Counted from the stretch's first letter, positions 24,691-35,135 are shown. The stretch: 64,000 bases of DNA from Candidatus Actinomarina sp. (GCA_016777845.1 JADHQS010000001.1:3573-67572); one strand, 5' to 3'. Program-made: numbers and translations. The notes: generated by a model from the letters alone, not told the origin.

Positions 24691-25068
24691 ATGGCACGTA
24701 TTTCAGGTATAGATATTCCAAGAGAAAAAAGGGTAATCGCATCACTACGTTACATACATGGTGTTGGCGCAAAAAGAGCAGACGATATATGCACAGACCT
24801 CAACATTGATCCAAGTACACGCGTTAGCAATCTAACAAATGATGAAGTTGCACAAATTAGAAAGTACATTGAGGCAAATTTCAGAGTAGAGGGTGATCTT
24901 AGAAGAGACGTATCACAAAATATTAGAAGAAAAACTGAAATTGGTACTTATCAAGGTTTAAGACATAGAAAAGGGCTTCCTGTTAGAGGTCAAAGAACTC
25001 ATACAAATGCTAGGACGAGAAAAGGTCCTAGATTTGCAATAGCTGGTAAGAAGAAAGCATTGAAATAA
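24691..25068 (+). CDS. rpsM: 30S ribosomal protein S13
   Basis: [18 protein letters not shown]. Confidence 0.99.
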   Translation: MARISGIDIPREKRVIASLRYIHGVGAKRADDICTDLNIDPSTRVSNLTNDEVAQIRKYIEANFRVEGDLRRDVSQNIRRKTEIGTYQGLRHRKGLPVRGQRTHTNARTRKGPRFAIAGKKKALK

Positions 25069-25451
25069 TGGCTGATCAAAAAACTAAAAAGAAAGTCAAA
25101 AAAAATGTACCTGCTGGAGTAGCACATATAAAAGCAAGTTTTAACAATACAATAATAAATATATCAAACCCATCTGGTGAAACTATAGTTTGGACATCAG
25201 GTGGCTCGGTTGGCTTTAAGGGTTCAAGAAAGTCTACTCCTTATGCTGCACAAGTAGCAGCTGAGGAAGCTGTTAGAAGAGCCACTGAGTATGGAGTTCA
25301 AAAGCTAGACATAATAATTAGTGGTACAGGTGCAGGTAGAGAAACAGCTGTAAGAACTTTACAAAACATGGGTATGGATGTTGGAACAATTAAAGACATT
25401 ACTCCAACACCTCATAATGGCTGTAGACCAAAGAAGAGAAGAAGAGGATAA
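25068..25451 (+). CDS. rpsK: 30S ribosomal protein S11
   Basis: [17 protein letters not shown]. Confidence 0.99.
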   Translation: MADQKTKKKVKKNVPAGVAHIKASFNNTIINISNPSGETIVWTSGGSVGFKGSRKSTPYAAQVAAEEAVRRATEYGVQKLDIIISGTGAGRETAVRTLQNMGMDVGTIKDITPTPHNGCRPKKRRRG

Positions 25452-26065
25452 TGGCAAGGTATACAGGACCTAGAGTTAGAGTTTCAAGAAGGATAGGATT
25501 TAATGTTTTTGAAAATAGAAAAGGTGATAAAGCACTTCAAGATAGGCCTTATCCACCAGGTGAGAATGGTCGAAAACGAGTTAGAGAAACAGATTATGGT
25601 ACCCAGTTAAAAGAAAAACAAAAAGTACGATACATGTATGGTGTTCTTGAAAAACAGTTTAGAAATTATTATAAAGAAGCTACAAGAATGCCTGGTATTA
25701 CTGGTGAAAACCTCCTTATACTTCTTGAATCAAGGTTAGACAATGTTATATATAGAGCTGGGTTTGCTTCAACAAGGCCTCAAGCAAGGCAGTTAGTTTC
25801 TCATAGGCACTTTAAGCTAAACGGTAAATTTGTAGATGTTCCCTCACATAAGGTTAAACCAGGGGATGTTATTGAGATTAAAGATGCAAGCAATGATTTA
25901 ATTATTATCCAACATACTATTGATACTGGACAGGACAATGTAATACCTAGCTGGTTAGATGTAGATAATAAAAAGAAATCTGTAAAAATTAATGCTGAAC
26001 CTTCTAGGGGTGATGCAAGTTCGCAGATTGAAGAACAGTTAATAGTAGAGCTTTATTCGAAGTAA
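25451..26065 (+). CDS. rpsD: 30S ribosomal protein S4
   Basis: MARYTGP, LESRLDNV, LIVELYSK. Confidence 0.99.
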   Translation: MARYTGPRVRVSRRIGFNVFENRKGDKALQDRPYPPGENGRKRVRETDYGTQLKEKQKVRYMYGVLEKQFRNYYKEATRMPGITGENLLILLESRLDNVIYRAGFASTRPQARQLVSHRHFKLNGKFVDVPSHKVKPGDVIEIKDASNDLIIIQHTIDTGQDNVIPSWLDVDNKKKSVKINAEPSRGDASSQIEEQLIVELYSK

Positions 26066-26086
26066 ACATTTGAGAGGAGAAATAAA

Positions 26087-27046
26087 ATGTTAATGTTACA
26101 AAGACCTGAAATTACCCAGGAAGAGCTTGGTAAAAATAGAACAAAGTTTGTAATCGAACCCTTAGAACCAGGATTTGGTCTTACCTTAGGCAATACAATG
26201 AGAAGAGCGTTGCTTTCTAGAGTTCCAGGAGTAGCTGTAACTGGAATCAAAATTGATGGAGTAAATCATGAATTTACATCAATACCAGGAGTTGTAGAAG
26301 ACGTTTTGGACTTACTTCTAAATTTAAAAAGACTAGTTCTAAAGGTTGACGATCAAGAAAGTCACACACTTACTGTTAAAGCCAAAGGTCCAGGAGATGT
26401 TCTCGCAGCACAAATCCAATGTCCTGCTGGAGTTGAAGTCGTGAATACTGATATGAAAGTATGCACATTGTCAGACAACTCTACTCTTGATATGGAAGTT
26501 TCAATAGCACATGGAGTAGGTTATAGATTGGCTGATAAAAATAAAACAAGCGATTCAAACTTCATACCAATTGACTCTATTTTTTCTCCAATTGTAAAAG
26601 TGAGCTATGGAGTTTCACCTACACAGGTTGGTCAAGTAACTGACTACGATAAGTTAACTTTAGATGTTGAAACTGATGGTTCAATTGAGCCAAGCGAAGC
26701 AATCTCATCAGTTGGAAAAACTCTTGGTGAATTATGGAAGCTTTTTGCAGATATTGATGAGGGGGTTGGATTAGAACTTGGAGAATTAACTATTTCTGAA
26801 GGAAGTTCTCCTGATCTCTCATTATCAGTTGATGCACTAGATTTATCTGAAAGACCAAGAAATTGTCTAGGTAGAGAAAATATAACTACAGTTGGTCAAA
26901 TTCTTGAATATACAGAAGATGATTTGCTAAACCTAACTAACTTTGGACAAAAAAGTTTAGATGAATTAGTTGCAAAGCTTGATGAGCTCGGACTCAGCCT
27001 TCCAACGAGTTCTGATCTTGACTCAGGAGATATGGCTGATGCCTAA
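26087..27046 (+). CDS. rpoA: RNA polymerase alpha subunit
   Basis: [22 protein letters not shown]. Confidence 0.99.
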   Translation: MLMLQRPEITQEELGKNRTKFVIEPLEPGFGLTLGNTMRRALLSRVPGVAVTGIKIDGVNHEFTSIPGVVEDVLDLLLNLKRLVLKVDDQESHTLTVKAKGPGDVLAAQIQCPAGVEVVNTDMKVCTLSDNSTLDMEVSIAHGVGYRLADKNKTSDSNFIPIDSIFSPIVKVSYGVSPTQVGQVTDYDKLTLDVETDGSIEPSEAISSVGKTLGELWKLFADIDEGVGLELGELTISEGSSPDLSLSVDALDLSERPRNCLGRENITTVGQILEYTEDDLLNLTNFGQKSLDELVAKLDELGLSLPTSSDLDSGDMADA

Positions 27047-27389
27047 ACCTACTAAAGGTAAAAGGCTTGGAGGTTCTTCTTCACATGAGGATCAAATTAT
27101 TAGTAATTTAATCAGTGCTTTAATTGAACATGAAAAAATTGAAACAACAGTTACAAAAGCTAAAACTGTAAAGCCTTATGCAGAAAAGGTTATTACAAAA
27201 GCAAAAAGTGGCACTCTTCATGATAGAAGACAAGTGTTAAAAATAATTCAAAACAAATCTGTTGTTGCAAAACTTTTTGATGAAATTGGTCCAAAGTATG
27301 AAGACAGAAACGGTGGATATACTAGGATTACAAGAACTACATATAGACAAGGTGATGGCACAGAGCTAGCTGTATTAGAACTAGTCTAA
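27039..27389 (+). CDS. rplQ: 50S ribosomal protein L17
   Basis: [19 protein letters not shown]; start moved to ATG 27039 after SD AGGAG. Confidence 0.98.
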   Translation: MPKPTKGKRLGGSSSHEDQIISNLISALIEHEKIETTVTKAKTVKPYAEKVITKAKSGTLHDRRQVLKIIQNKSVVAKLFDEIGPKYEDRNGGYTRITRTTYRQGDGTELAVLELV

Positions 27390-27391
27390 AT

Positions 27392-27937
27392 TTGAATTCT
27401 TTAAAAGATATCTGGTCACAATTTCAAAAATTTATTAGATTAAATCAAGATGTGTTTATCAGATTCAGTAATGATAGATATGAGTCTGGAAACTCACTTA
27501 TAGTAGTGCTGGTAAGCCTTCTAAGTATTTATGTTCCATTTATCCTGAATTCAAGCTCAACAAACATTAGCGATATTGTTTTTTACGGATTAGTAGACGG
27601 TGTTTTTGCTTGGTTGTTTGCAACTCTTGCTTCATGGTTTTTACTAACAAGGGCATTTAATACGATTATTGAAATTACTAATCTTTTAATTTTTACAGGA
27701 TACACTCATGGGCTTCTCTGTATTTTTGGGATAATTATTTTTATTAATAATTACTTTTCTATTCCGCAAAATATATTTCAACTTTTAACTTTATTAATAT
27801 TTGGTTGGATGTATTTTGTATTAACTAAAGCACTTGCAACTGCCTTCCTTCTTGAAAAAAGAACATCAAGTATTGCCTCTGTAACATTTTTAGCTATCTT
27901 AATATTTTTTTCTGATCCAATTCGTATTTTTGTTTAA
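27392..27937 (+). CDS. Uncharacterised multi-pass membrane protein (possibly Yip1-like)
   Basis: About 5 hydrophobic segments; tightly packed between rplQ and truA. Confidence 0.75.
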   Translation: MNSLKDIWSQFQKFIRLNQDVFIRFSNDRYESGNSLIVVLVSLLSIYVPFILNSSSTNISDIVFYGLVDGVFAWLFATLASWFLLTRAFNTIIEITNLLIFTGYTHGLLCIFGIIIFINNYFSIPQNIFQLLTLLIFGWMYFVLTKALATAFLLEKRTSSIASVTFLAILIFFSDPIRIFV

Positions 27938-28662
27938 TGCAAAACTACAAGTTAATTATTTCCTACGATGGAACTAAATTCCACGGTTTTCAAATACAAA
28001 AAGATAAAATAACCGTACAAGGGGAATTCCAAAAAGCAATAGAAATATTTACTGAAAAATATGAATTGAATTACTCTGGCAGAACAGATGCAGGTGTCCA
28101 TGCTAAAGCGCAAGTAATAAACATAAAAACAGAATTAGCTATTAACAACAAAATAATAAATTCTTTAAATAATATTTTAGGTTCCAAAATCTCTATAAAT
28201 TCTTTTAAGACAGTAAAAGACAGCTTCCACGCTAGGTATGACGCATTTGAGAGAACTTATAAATATTTTTTGTCAGATATTAATCAGCAATATCCTTATT
28301 TAAGCAATCACTCTTATATTTATCCAAAGAAATTAGATTTAAAAAAACTAAACTATGTATCAAAGGTGTTTGTAGGTGAACATAATTTTTCTTCTTTTTC
28401 AAAACTTGATGTAAATAAAAACCCAAATAGACAAATATACAAGAGCAACTGGGTAAAAAAGCGTGATTATTTTGAGTATACAATTACTGGTAACTCTTTT
28501 TTGAGAAACATGGTGCGTAATTTAGTTGGTGTTCAAATAGCTTATTGTGAGGATAAAGTCACATATAGTGAAATTTCTAAAAATCTTCTTAATCCTAAAG
28601 AAGAAAGGCTAAACTACTTAGCTCCTCCAAATGGCTTAGTACTTTGGAATGTTAAATACTAG
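27937..28662 (+). CDS. truA: tRNA pseudouridine(38-40) synthase
   Basis: YDGTKFHGFQ, GRTDAGVHA, FLRNMVR. Confidence 0.97.
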   Translation: MQNYKLIISYDGTKFHGFQIQKDKITVQGEFQKAIEIFTEKYELNYSGRTDAGVHAKAQVINIKTELAINNKIINSLNNILGSKISINSFKTVKDSFHARYDAFERTYKYFLSDINQQYPYLSNHSYIYPKKLDLKKLNYVSKVFVGEHNFSSFSKLDVNKNPNRQIYKSNWVKKRDYFEYTITGNSFLRNMVRNLVGVQIAYCEDKVTYSEISKNLLNPKEERLNYLAPPNGLVLWNVKY

Positions 28663-28723
28663 TTTTCATAAATATAAATGCACTTTATACTAGTAGTTCG
28701 TTACAATTCAAAAAGATTGATAA

Positions 28724-29185
28724 ATGAATACTAAAACAACATTTAAAGGCATAGAGGCTTCTGAGCGCGAATGGCACTTGGTTGATGCATCTGGACTACC
28801 TATAGGTCGCTTAGCGAGTGAATTAGCTCAAATTTTACGTGGTAAGCACAAACCACAGTATGCTCCCCATTTAGATGTCGGTGATCATGTTGTTGTAATA
28901 AATGCAGGAAAAATTGCAATTACTTCAAAAAAACCTGAACAAAAAATGTATCATTCTCACTCTGGTTATCCTGGAGGAATAAAGTCTGAAAGTTTTAATT
29001 CATTAAGACAAAGAAAGCCTGAAAAAATAATAGAAAGAGCGGTATGGGGAATGCTTCCAAAAAATCGACTAGGAAGAGCTGTACTAAAAAAGTTACATAT
29101 TTATCCTGGTGCAAACCATCCTCACCAAAGCCAAAACCCAAGAGAATTAGTTTTTAACATAAAGAAAGTTGAAGAAAATGCCTGA
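28724..29185 (+). CDS. rplM: 50S ribosomal protein L13
   Basis: LRGKHKP, HSGYPGG, GMLPKNRLGR. Confidence 0.99.
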   Translation: MNTKTTFKGIEASEREWHLVDASGLPIGRLASELAQILRGKHKPQYAPHLDVGDHVVVINAGKIAITSKKPEQKMYHSHSGYPGGIKSESFNSLRQRKPEKIIERAVWGMLPKNRLGRAVLKKLHIYPGANHPHQSQNPRELVFNIKKVEENA

Positions 29186-29567
29186 TAATTTTTACGGAAC
29201 AGGAAGAAGAAAATCTTCTGTAGCAAGAGTAACTATTACTGAAGGAAACGGCAAGTTTACATTTAATGGTAAAGATTTAGCACAATACTTTCCAAGCCCG
29301 TCAATGAAAATGACAATAGAAAAACCGTTTAAGGTGGTTTCTCTTGAAGGTAAATTTGATATGGTCGTTAATGTAAGCGGAAGTGGACTTTCTGCACAAT
29401 CAGATGCAGTAGCTCTTGGAATATCCAGAGCATTAATAAAAATGGATCCTGAACTAAGGCCAAAGCTTAAGAAGGCAGGACTTCTAACACGGGATGCTCG
29501 CAAGGTCGAAAGAAAGAAATACGGTCTTAAAAAAGCTAGAAGAGCTGAACAGTTTACTAAGAGATAA
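29178..29567 (+). CDS. rpsI: 30S ribosomal protein S9
   Basis: GTGRRKSSVARV, ERKKYGLKKAR; ATG 29178 preferred. Confidence 0.99.
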   Translation: MPDNFYGTGRRKSSVARVTITEGNGKFTFNGKDLAQYFPSPSMKMTIEKPFKVVSLEGKFDMVVNVSGSGLSAQSDAVALGISRALIKMDPELRPKLKKAGLLTRDARKVERKKYGLKKARRAEQFTKR

Positions 29568-29575
29568 AAAACAAA

Positions 29576-30883
29576 TTGAAGAAATATTTCGGTACCGATG
29601 GAATCCGAGGTATTCCAAATAAAAATTTAACCAAAGAAATAGTTGCTAATGTTGCCTGTTCTGTTGAGGATATTTTACAACCAACTTCTGTTGCTGTTAT
29701 TTTAGATACCCGCGATTCTTCATTAGAAATATTAGATTGGATCTGTGAAGGATTTTCAGAAAATATTGAAGTAATTAATTATGGAATATTACCTTCAGGA
29801 TCTATGCCCGTATTGCTAGAAAATTTTGGACATAATCTTGGAATTATAATTTCAGCTTCACATAATCCGAGTGAATATAACGGTATTAAATTAATTGACG
29901 AAAATGGTTCTAAGCTTCAAGACGAAATTGAAATTAAAATTGAAGCAAATATAGAAAATATTCTTTTACCAAGTGCACACACTAGTTATAAAGAATCTGA
30001 AGAAGGATATAAAGTTTATTTTGAGTTTCTTAACCAGATTCTTGATTTTGAATTAACATCTTTTAATTTACTTATTGATAGTGCAAATGGTTCTGCATAC
30101 AAAATAATAGATGAGTTATTAAAAGACAGTGACGCTAAGTATAAAATGATTGCAAATGAGCCTAATGGAGAAAATATAAATCTAGCCAGTGGAGCTACAC
30201 ATACAGAAAATTTAATAAAAAATCTAAAAAAAGGAGAAATTGGAGCTGCATTTGATGGAGATGCAGACAGGCTCATAATGGTTGATGAAAACGGTATTAC
30301 TTGTAATGGAGATATCTTAATATTATTAATTGCTAAATATTTATCCTCTACTAATCAACTCAACAATGACGTCGTGGTTTCAACTGTTATGTCTAATTTT
30401 GGATTTAAAAATGCAATGGAAAAAAATAATTTTAAAAATATTGAAACAGCTGTTGGAGATAAATATGTGGCCGAAGCAATGTTAGAAAGCAACGCTTCTA
30501 TTGGTGGAGAGCAATCTGGACATATAATAATTTCAGACAAGCTTCCAGTAGGTGATGGTCTTCTTACTTTAATTTATTCTTTAAAAGCTTTATCATTCTT
30601 TAAGACTACTTTATCTCAATTTCGTGAGGATAATATTAAAGAGTATCCACAACAGCTAATCAACATAGAACTTAAAAATATGCCGGATATAAACCAACTA
30701 GAAGAATTAGACAATATTGCAAAGACACTGTCAGAGGAAGAAAATTTAGACGGCAGATACTTAATAAGAAATTCTGGTACAGAACCACTTCTTAGAGTTC
30801 TTGTCGAGGCCAGTGAGGAAGAGTCTGTTGAGAAATTCAGTGAAAACTTAGTCAACAAAATTAAAAACTTCTTACAAACTTAA
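29576..30883 (+). CDS. glmM: Phosphoglucosamine mutase
   Basis: FGTDGIRG, SASHNP, DGDADR, GGEQSGH; upstream of glmS. Confidence 0.93.
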   Translation: MKKYFGTDGIRGIPNKNLTKEIVANVACSVEDILQPTSVAVILDTRDSSLEILDWICEGFSENIEVINYGILPSGSMPVLLENFGHNLGIIISASHNPSEYNGIKLIDENGSKLQDEIEIKIEANIENILLPSAHTSYKESEEGYKVYFEFLNQILDFELTSFNLLIDSANGSAYKIIDELLKDSDAKYKMIANEPNGENINLASGATHTENLIKNLKKGEIGAAFDGDADRLIMVDENGITCNGDILILLIAKYLSSTNQLNNDVVVSTVMSNFGFKNAMEKNNFKNIETAVGDKYVAEAMLESNASIGGEQSGHIIISDKLPVGDGLLTLIYSLKALSFFKTTLSQFREDNIKEYPQQLINIELKNMPDINQLEELDNIAKTLSEEENLDGRYLIRNSGTEPLLRVLVEASEEESVEKFSENLVNKIKNFLQT

Positions 30884-30899
30884 ATTAGTTTCTTATAAT
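30872..30899 (+). promoter_or_regulatory. Putative promoter of the glmS leader
   Basis: TTACAA, 16 bp, TATAAT (30894-30899); predicts a start near 30906. Confidence 0.5.
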
Positions 30900-30916
30900 T
30901 ATAATAACGAGCAATT

Positions 30917-31050
30917 AGCGCCAGGCCTTGAAAAAGGTGACGAGGAAGTATGTTATCGAAACATTCGGCGGATGCATACTCGGCTCTGCAGTCGTAATAA
31001 ATTGTTTAAAAACATAGAGAGATCTGTGAACAGAAACAATTTAAAGCAGT
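30917..31050 (+). ncRNA. glmS ribozyme (GlcN6P-activated self-cleaving riboswitch)
   Basis: Core A^GCGCCAG, GACGAGG, UUAUCGAA, UCGGCGGAUG; helices GCCUU/AAGGU, AGUAUG/CAUACU, CGGCU/AGUCG, CUGC/GCAG, AAAUUGUUU/AAACAAUUU, CAUAGA-GAGA-UCUGUG; directly 5' of glmS. Confidence 0.95.
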
Positions 31051-31085
31051 CTTTATTACAACCTGCTCGTTGGAATGGAGATATA

Positions 31086-32882
31086 ATGTGTGGAATAGTA
31101 GGGTATTCAGGCCCAAAAGAACCATTACCAATTCTAATTAATGGTTTATCACGTTTAGAGTATCGAGGATACGATTCAGCTGGTATTGCAATTTCTGATG
31201 GTAACAAGATTATTGTTGAAAAAAAAGAAGGTAAACTCGACGTTTTAAAAAATCATTTAAAAGATAGCAACATTAAAGGAAATTTAGGAATTGGTCATAC
31301 AAGATGGGCAACTCATGGAGTTCCAAATGATGTTAATGCACATCCACATTCTGACAATAGTGAAGAATTTGCAATTATTCATAATGGAATAATCGAGAAC
31401 TATGCAGAAATTAAAAAAGATCTTTTAGAAAAAGGTTTTAAATTTAAATCTGATACTGACACAGAGGTTGTTGCAGTTGAATTAAGTCGAAAATGGAATG
31501 GGCAATTGTTGAAAACTGTTACTGATGTAGCAAAAACTTTAGAAGGAACATATGCTCTTGTAGTAACTACTACAAGAGAAGAAGGAACAATTGTAGCAGG
31601 CCGTTTAATGAGCCCTCTTGTTTTAGGTGTTGGAGAAAACGAAGTATTCCTAGCATCTGATGCAGCAGCTATTTTAGAACACACAAATAAAATGATTTTT
31701 CTTGAAAATGGAGATTTTGTAGAAATTAAAAATGGTCAGTATAAGTTGTTTGATTCAGAACTGAATGAGATTGAAAGAGAAATTCAAGAAATAGACTGGG
31801 AGGTTTCCGAAGCTGAAAAACTAGGGTATGACCACTTTATGTATAAAGAAATACTTGAACAGTCAGAAGTAATAGAACGAACCATTTCTGGAAGACTTGA
31901 AAAAAATTCTAAAGAAATTCCAATTAAGCAAGATGAAGCATCAAAGTATGAAAAAATTTGGATAGTTGCATGCGGTACTGCTTACCATGCTGGTTTATTC
32001 GGAAAAGACATATTTGAAAAAGTTCTAGGAGTACCAGTCAGTGTTGAACTTGCTTCAGAATTTAGATATAGAGAACCAATAGTTGGCGAAAACGATTTAG
32101 GCATTGTAATTTCACAATCTGGTGAAACCATGGACACAATTGCTGCTACTGAGCTCTTAAAGGAAAATGGTGCCCATGTGCTTGCTTTAGTTAATGTTGT
32201 GGGTAGCTCTTTAGCAAGAATGGCTGACAGTGTTTTTTATTTACACGTTGGCCCAGAAATAGGTGTGGCTTCAACTAAAGCTTATCTTGGAATGTTAGTT
32301 GGACAATTACTTTTAGCTAAACATTGGGATTCTGCAAATAAATTAGATGTTTCTTTTAATGAGATTGCCGAGCTACCAAAATTGATTCAAGAGACTATGG
32401 CTTGTGAGAAACAAATAAAAGAAATATCTGAAATAATTTGTAAAAAAAATGATATTTATTTTATTGGTAGAGGACTAGATTATGCACTTGCAGCAGAAGG
32501 TGCTTTAAAATTAAAAGAGATTTCTTACTTACATGCAGAAGCTTTAGCAGCTGGAGAACTAAAACACGGAACTTTAGCTTTAATTGAAGAAGGTACTCCA
32601 ATAATCGTAACTGCTAGTCAAAATCATTTGTTAGACAAAACAACTAGTAACGTACAAGAGGTTATTGCTAGAGGCGCTTATGTCATAGCAATTGGTGATA
32701 ATCAATCAGAAAAATTAGAAAATATATCTGATGAATATGTCACCCTTCCAGATAGTAATGAAATTTTAACTACAGTTATATCTATAATTCCACTCCAGTT
32801 CATTGCATATCATGTTGCAAATCTAAACGGAGAGTCTATAGATCAGCCAAGAAACTTAGCTAAATCTGTAACTGTTGAATAA
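31086..32882 (+). CDS. glmS: Glutamine--fructose-6-phosphate aminotransferase
   Basis: MCGIVG N-terminal nucleophile (true start 31086), GHTRWATHG, PRNLAKSVTVE. Confidence 0.99.
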   Translation: MCGIVGYSGPKEPLPILINGLSRLEYRGYDSAGIAISDGNKIIVEKKEGKLDVLKNHLKDSNIKGNLGIGHTRWATHGVPNDVNAHPHSDNSEEFAIIHNGIIENYAEIKKDLLEKGFKFKSDTDTEVVAVELSRKWNGQLLKTVTDVAKTLEGTYALVVTTTREEGTIVAGRLMSPLVLGVGENEVFLASDAAAILEHTNKMIFLENGDFVEIKNGQYKLFDSELNEIEREIQEIDWEVSEAEKLGYDHFMYKEILEQSEVIERTISGRLEKNSKEIPIKQDEASKYEKIWIVACGTAYHAGLFGKDIFEKVLGVPVSVELASEFRYREPIVGENDLGIVISQSGETMDTIAATELLKENGAHVLALVNVVGSSLARMADSVFYLHVGPEIGVASTKAYLGMLVGQLLLAKHWDSANKLDVSFNEIAELPKLIQETMACEKQIKEISEIICKKNDIYFIGRGLDYALAAEGALKLKEISYLHAEALAAGELKHGTLALIEEGTPIIVTASQNHLLDKTTSNVQEVIARGAYVIAIGDNQSEKLENISDEYVTLPDSNEILTTVISIIPLQFIAYHVANLNGESIDQPRNLAKSVTVE

Positions 32883-32958
32883 TTTGATAATTATCTTTAT
32901 TCTCGATATATGAGTAAAAAAGAACTTAACATCTCTTTTAAATTGGTGGAAGACAAAA

Positions 32959-34038
32959 ATGGATAGAGGATTTATATATATTAATAATTCAAATTTAATT
33001 AACAATTTAAATTTTCTTAAAGTTACTACAAAGAAAGAATTGTGTCTTGTTGTAAAAGCAAATGCTTATGGACATGGATTAGAGTGGGCTGTAAAAAATG
33101 CAAAAAAATTTGGTGTCAAGTGGTTTGCTGTTGCTTCTGTTGATGAAGGAATTCAAGTTAAAAAAGTATTTGGAGAATCACGTGTATTATTACTTGCTGA
33201 ACCTTCAAAAACTCAGTTGGAAAATATAAAGGAAAATGTTTTAGATCTTACTGTATACAACGAAAGCTTTATTGATGCTTTAATTGAGACAGGAGATGAA
33301 TATAGTGTTCATCTCAAAATAGATACTGGAATGCACAGATTAGGATGTCCTCCAGAGAAGTTTAATGACTTATATAAAAAAATAATAAGCTCAAATTTAA
33401 AACTTGTAGGTATTTGTACACACTTTCCTATGGCGGATACTGATGTAACCGAGACAAAAAAATCAATTGAATTATTTGAAAAGACTATTTTAGATATAGA
33501 TCTAACTGATATGCTTTTGCATGTAGACAATTCAGCATCATCTTTATACAATCTCGAAAATTCTTTTAACATGACAAGAGTTGGTATTGCTGCATATGGT
33601 GTCGAAATTACAGCAGTTGAACATAAAAATGAACTGTTACCAATTATGGAAATCAAAACAAGAATCTCAAATTTGCAATTAAGAAAAAAAGGCGATGCAG
33701 TTTCTTATGGAAAAGCAAAAACACTATCTAGAGACTCAATTATTGCGACTGCACCTATTGGGTATGGTGATGGCTATCCTTGGAATTCATTTCCTGATGG
33801 AAAAGTCATTGTAAATAATCAATTTTGTAATTTAATTGGCCGGGTGACAATGGATCAAATATTATTTGATGTTACAGATGTAAATGTTCAAATCGATGAT
33901 GAAGTAACTGTTCTAGGTAATTCTACAGATGGTAAGTTGAATATTTCTGTTTCTGACATTGCCCAATGGAATAAAACAATTGAGTGGGAAATTTTGACTA
34001 ATATGTCTAAAAGACTTGAAAGAATTGAAGTTGAGTAA
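32959..34038 (+). CDS. alr: Alanine racemase
   Basis: VVKANAYGHG, KIDTGMHRLG, GRVTMDQ. Confidence 0.97.
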   Translation: MDRGFIYINNSNLINNLNFLKVTTKKELCLVVKANAYGHGLEWAVKNAKKFGVKWFAVASVDEGIQVKKVFGESRVLLLAEPSKTQLENIKENVLDLTVYNESFIDALIETGDEYSVHLKIDTGMHRLGCPPEKFNDLYKKIISSNLKLVGICTHFPMADTDVTETKKSIELFEKTILDIDLTDMLLHVDNSASSLYNLENSFNMTRVGIAAYGVEITAVEHKNELLPIMEIKTRISNLQLRKKGDAVSYGKAKTLSRDSIIATAPIGYGDGYPWNSFPDGKVIVNNQFCNLIGRVTMDQILFDVTDVNVQIDDEVTVLGNSTDGKLNISVSDIAQWNKTIEWEILTNMSKRLERIEVE

Positions 34039-34438
34039 TTTAATTAAAGAAGATGATTTAGATAGCTTTCTTGACAGTTATTTAAAAAGATTGATTCTTC
34101 CAAAAATTATTGGATTGGCAGGTCCTCTAGGTGCAGGCAAAACTACACTTGCGAAAAAAATTATAAAATTTTTTGGTTGTAATGATGTTGTCACTTCTCC
34201 AACTTTTAACATTGTCAAAAATTATGAAGTTGGCGAAATAAAAATATTTCATGTAGATTTATATCGTCTCGGTAGTTGGTCAGAGTTTATTGATTTAGAT
34301 TTACCTTTAAATGAAGAAAATACTTTAGTAGTAATTGAGTGGGCAAATTTAATGGCTGAAGCAAATATTCCTATAATGGATTTGATTGAAATTAATATAG
34401 TCGATGAACATACTAGAGAGATTTTTATAAATGCATAG
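34031..34438 (+). CDS. tsaE: t6A biosynthesis ATPase TsaE (start uncertain)
   Basis: GPLGAGKTT, VTSPTF, HVDLYRL, IEW. Confidence 0.95.
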   Translation: MSNLIKEDDLDSFLDSYLKRLILPKIIGLAGPLGAGKTTLAKKIIKFFGCNDVVTSPTFNIVKNYEVGEIKIFHVDLYRLGSWSEFIDLDLPLNEENTLVVIEWANLMAEANIPIMDLIEINIVDEHTREIFINA

Positions 34439-35135
34439 CTTATCCATTTCAACTTCAGGAAAATATATATCTGTAGCCATTCACGATGATAAGTTGATTT
34501 CTAGCAGCTCTGTTTTATCAGAAAATGGTACTACGAATTTATTGATGAAATCAATCGATGAAATAACCAAGAAGTCAAGAATAGAGAAGTCCAATATGAA
34601 TGTAGTGTATCTTGATATTGGCCCTGGTTATTATACAAGTCTAAGAATTGGATTAGCAGTAGCACAAGGAGTATGTGGCAGTCTAGGAATTCCATTAGTA
34701 CCTGTAAATGGACTCGATGCGCTAGCTTTCGCAGCGCACACTGGCCATAGAAAAATTTGTACAATTATTGACATTAAGAGAGAGGAATATGCTTTTTGTT
34801 TATATAAGCCAGTACCGGGTGGAGTTGTCAGAGATTCTGAGCCAGAGGTTCTAAATGCTGAAAACCTTAAGATTAAATTAAAAGAAGATAATGATAAAAA
34901 ACTTGTAGTAGGAGATTGGCACAGTTTGAGTGAAAATTTATTTGGTGAAAATTCATACATTAAATTTGGGTCTCCTGAACATGTATCGTCTGAAAATATT
35001 TTTAATATTGGAAAAGAATTATTTAAAAATAATGATTATCCAAATTTTAACGAAGTCAGGCTTGAATATATGAGAGAACCAGACGTATCCTTTTCAACAA
35101 AAAGTTTAGAAGGTAAGATTAACTTCCATGATTAA
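34431..35135 (+). CDS. tsaB: t6A biosynthesis protein TsaB
   Basis: GPGYYTSLRIG; context tsaE-tsaB-rimI-tsaD. Confidence 0.92.
   Translation: MHSLSISTSGKYISVAIHDDKLISSSSVLSENGTTNLLMKSIDEITKKSRIEKSNMNVVYLDIGPGYYTSLRIGLAVAQGVCGSLGIPLVPVNGLDALAFAAHTGHRKICTIIDIKREEYAFCLYKPVPGGVVRDSEPEVLNAENLKIKLKEDNDKKLVVGDWHSLSENLFGENSYIKFGSPEHVSSENIFNIGKELFKNNDYPNFNEVRLEYMREPDVSFSTKSLEGKINFHD

Noticed and set aside
30972..31085. 38-aa N-terminal extension of GlmS in the ORF track
   Set aside because: GlmS needs Cys at the mature N-terminus (MCGIVG at 31086); the region is the ribozyme
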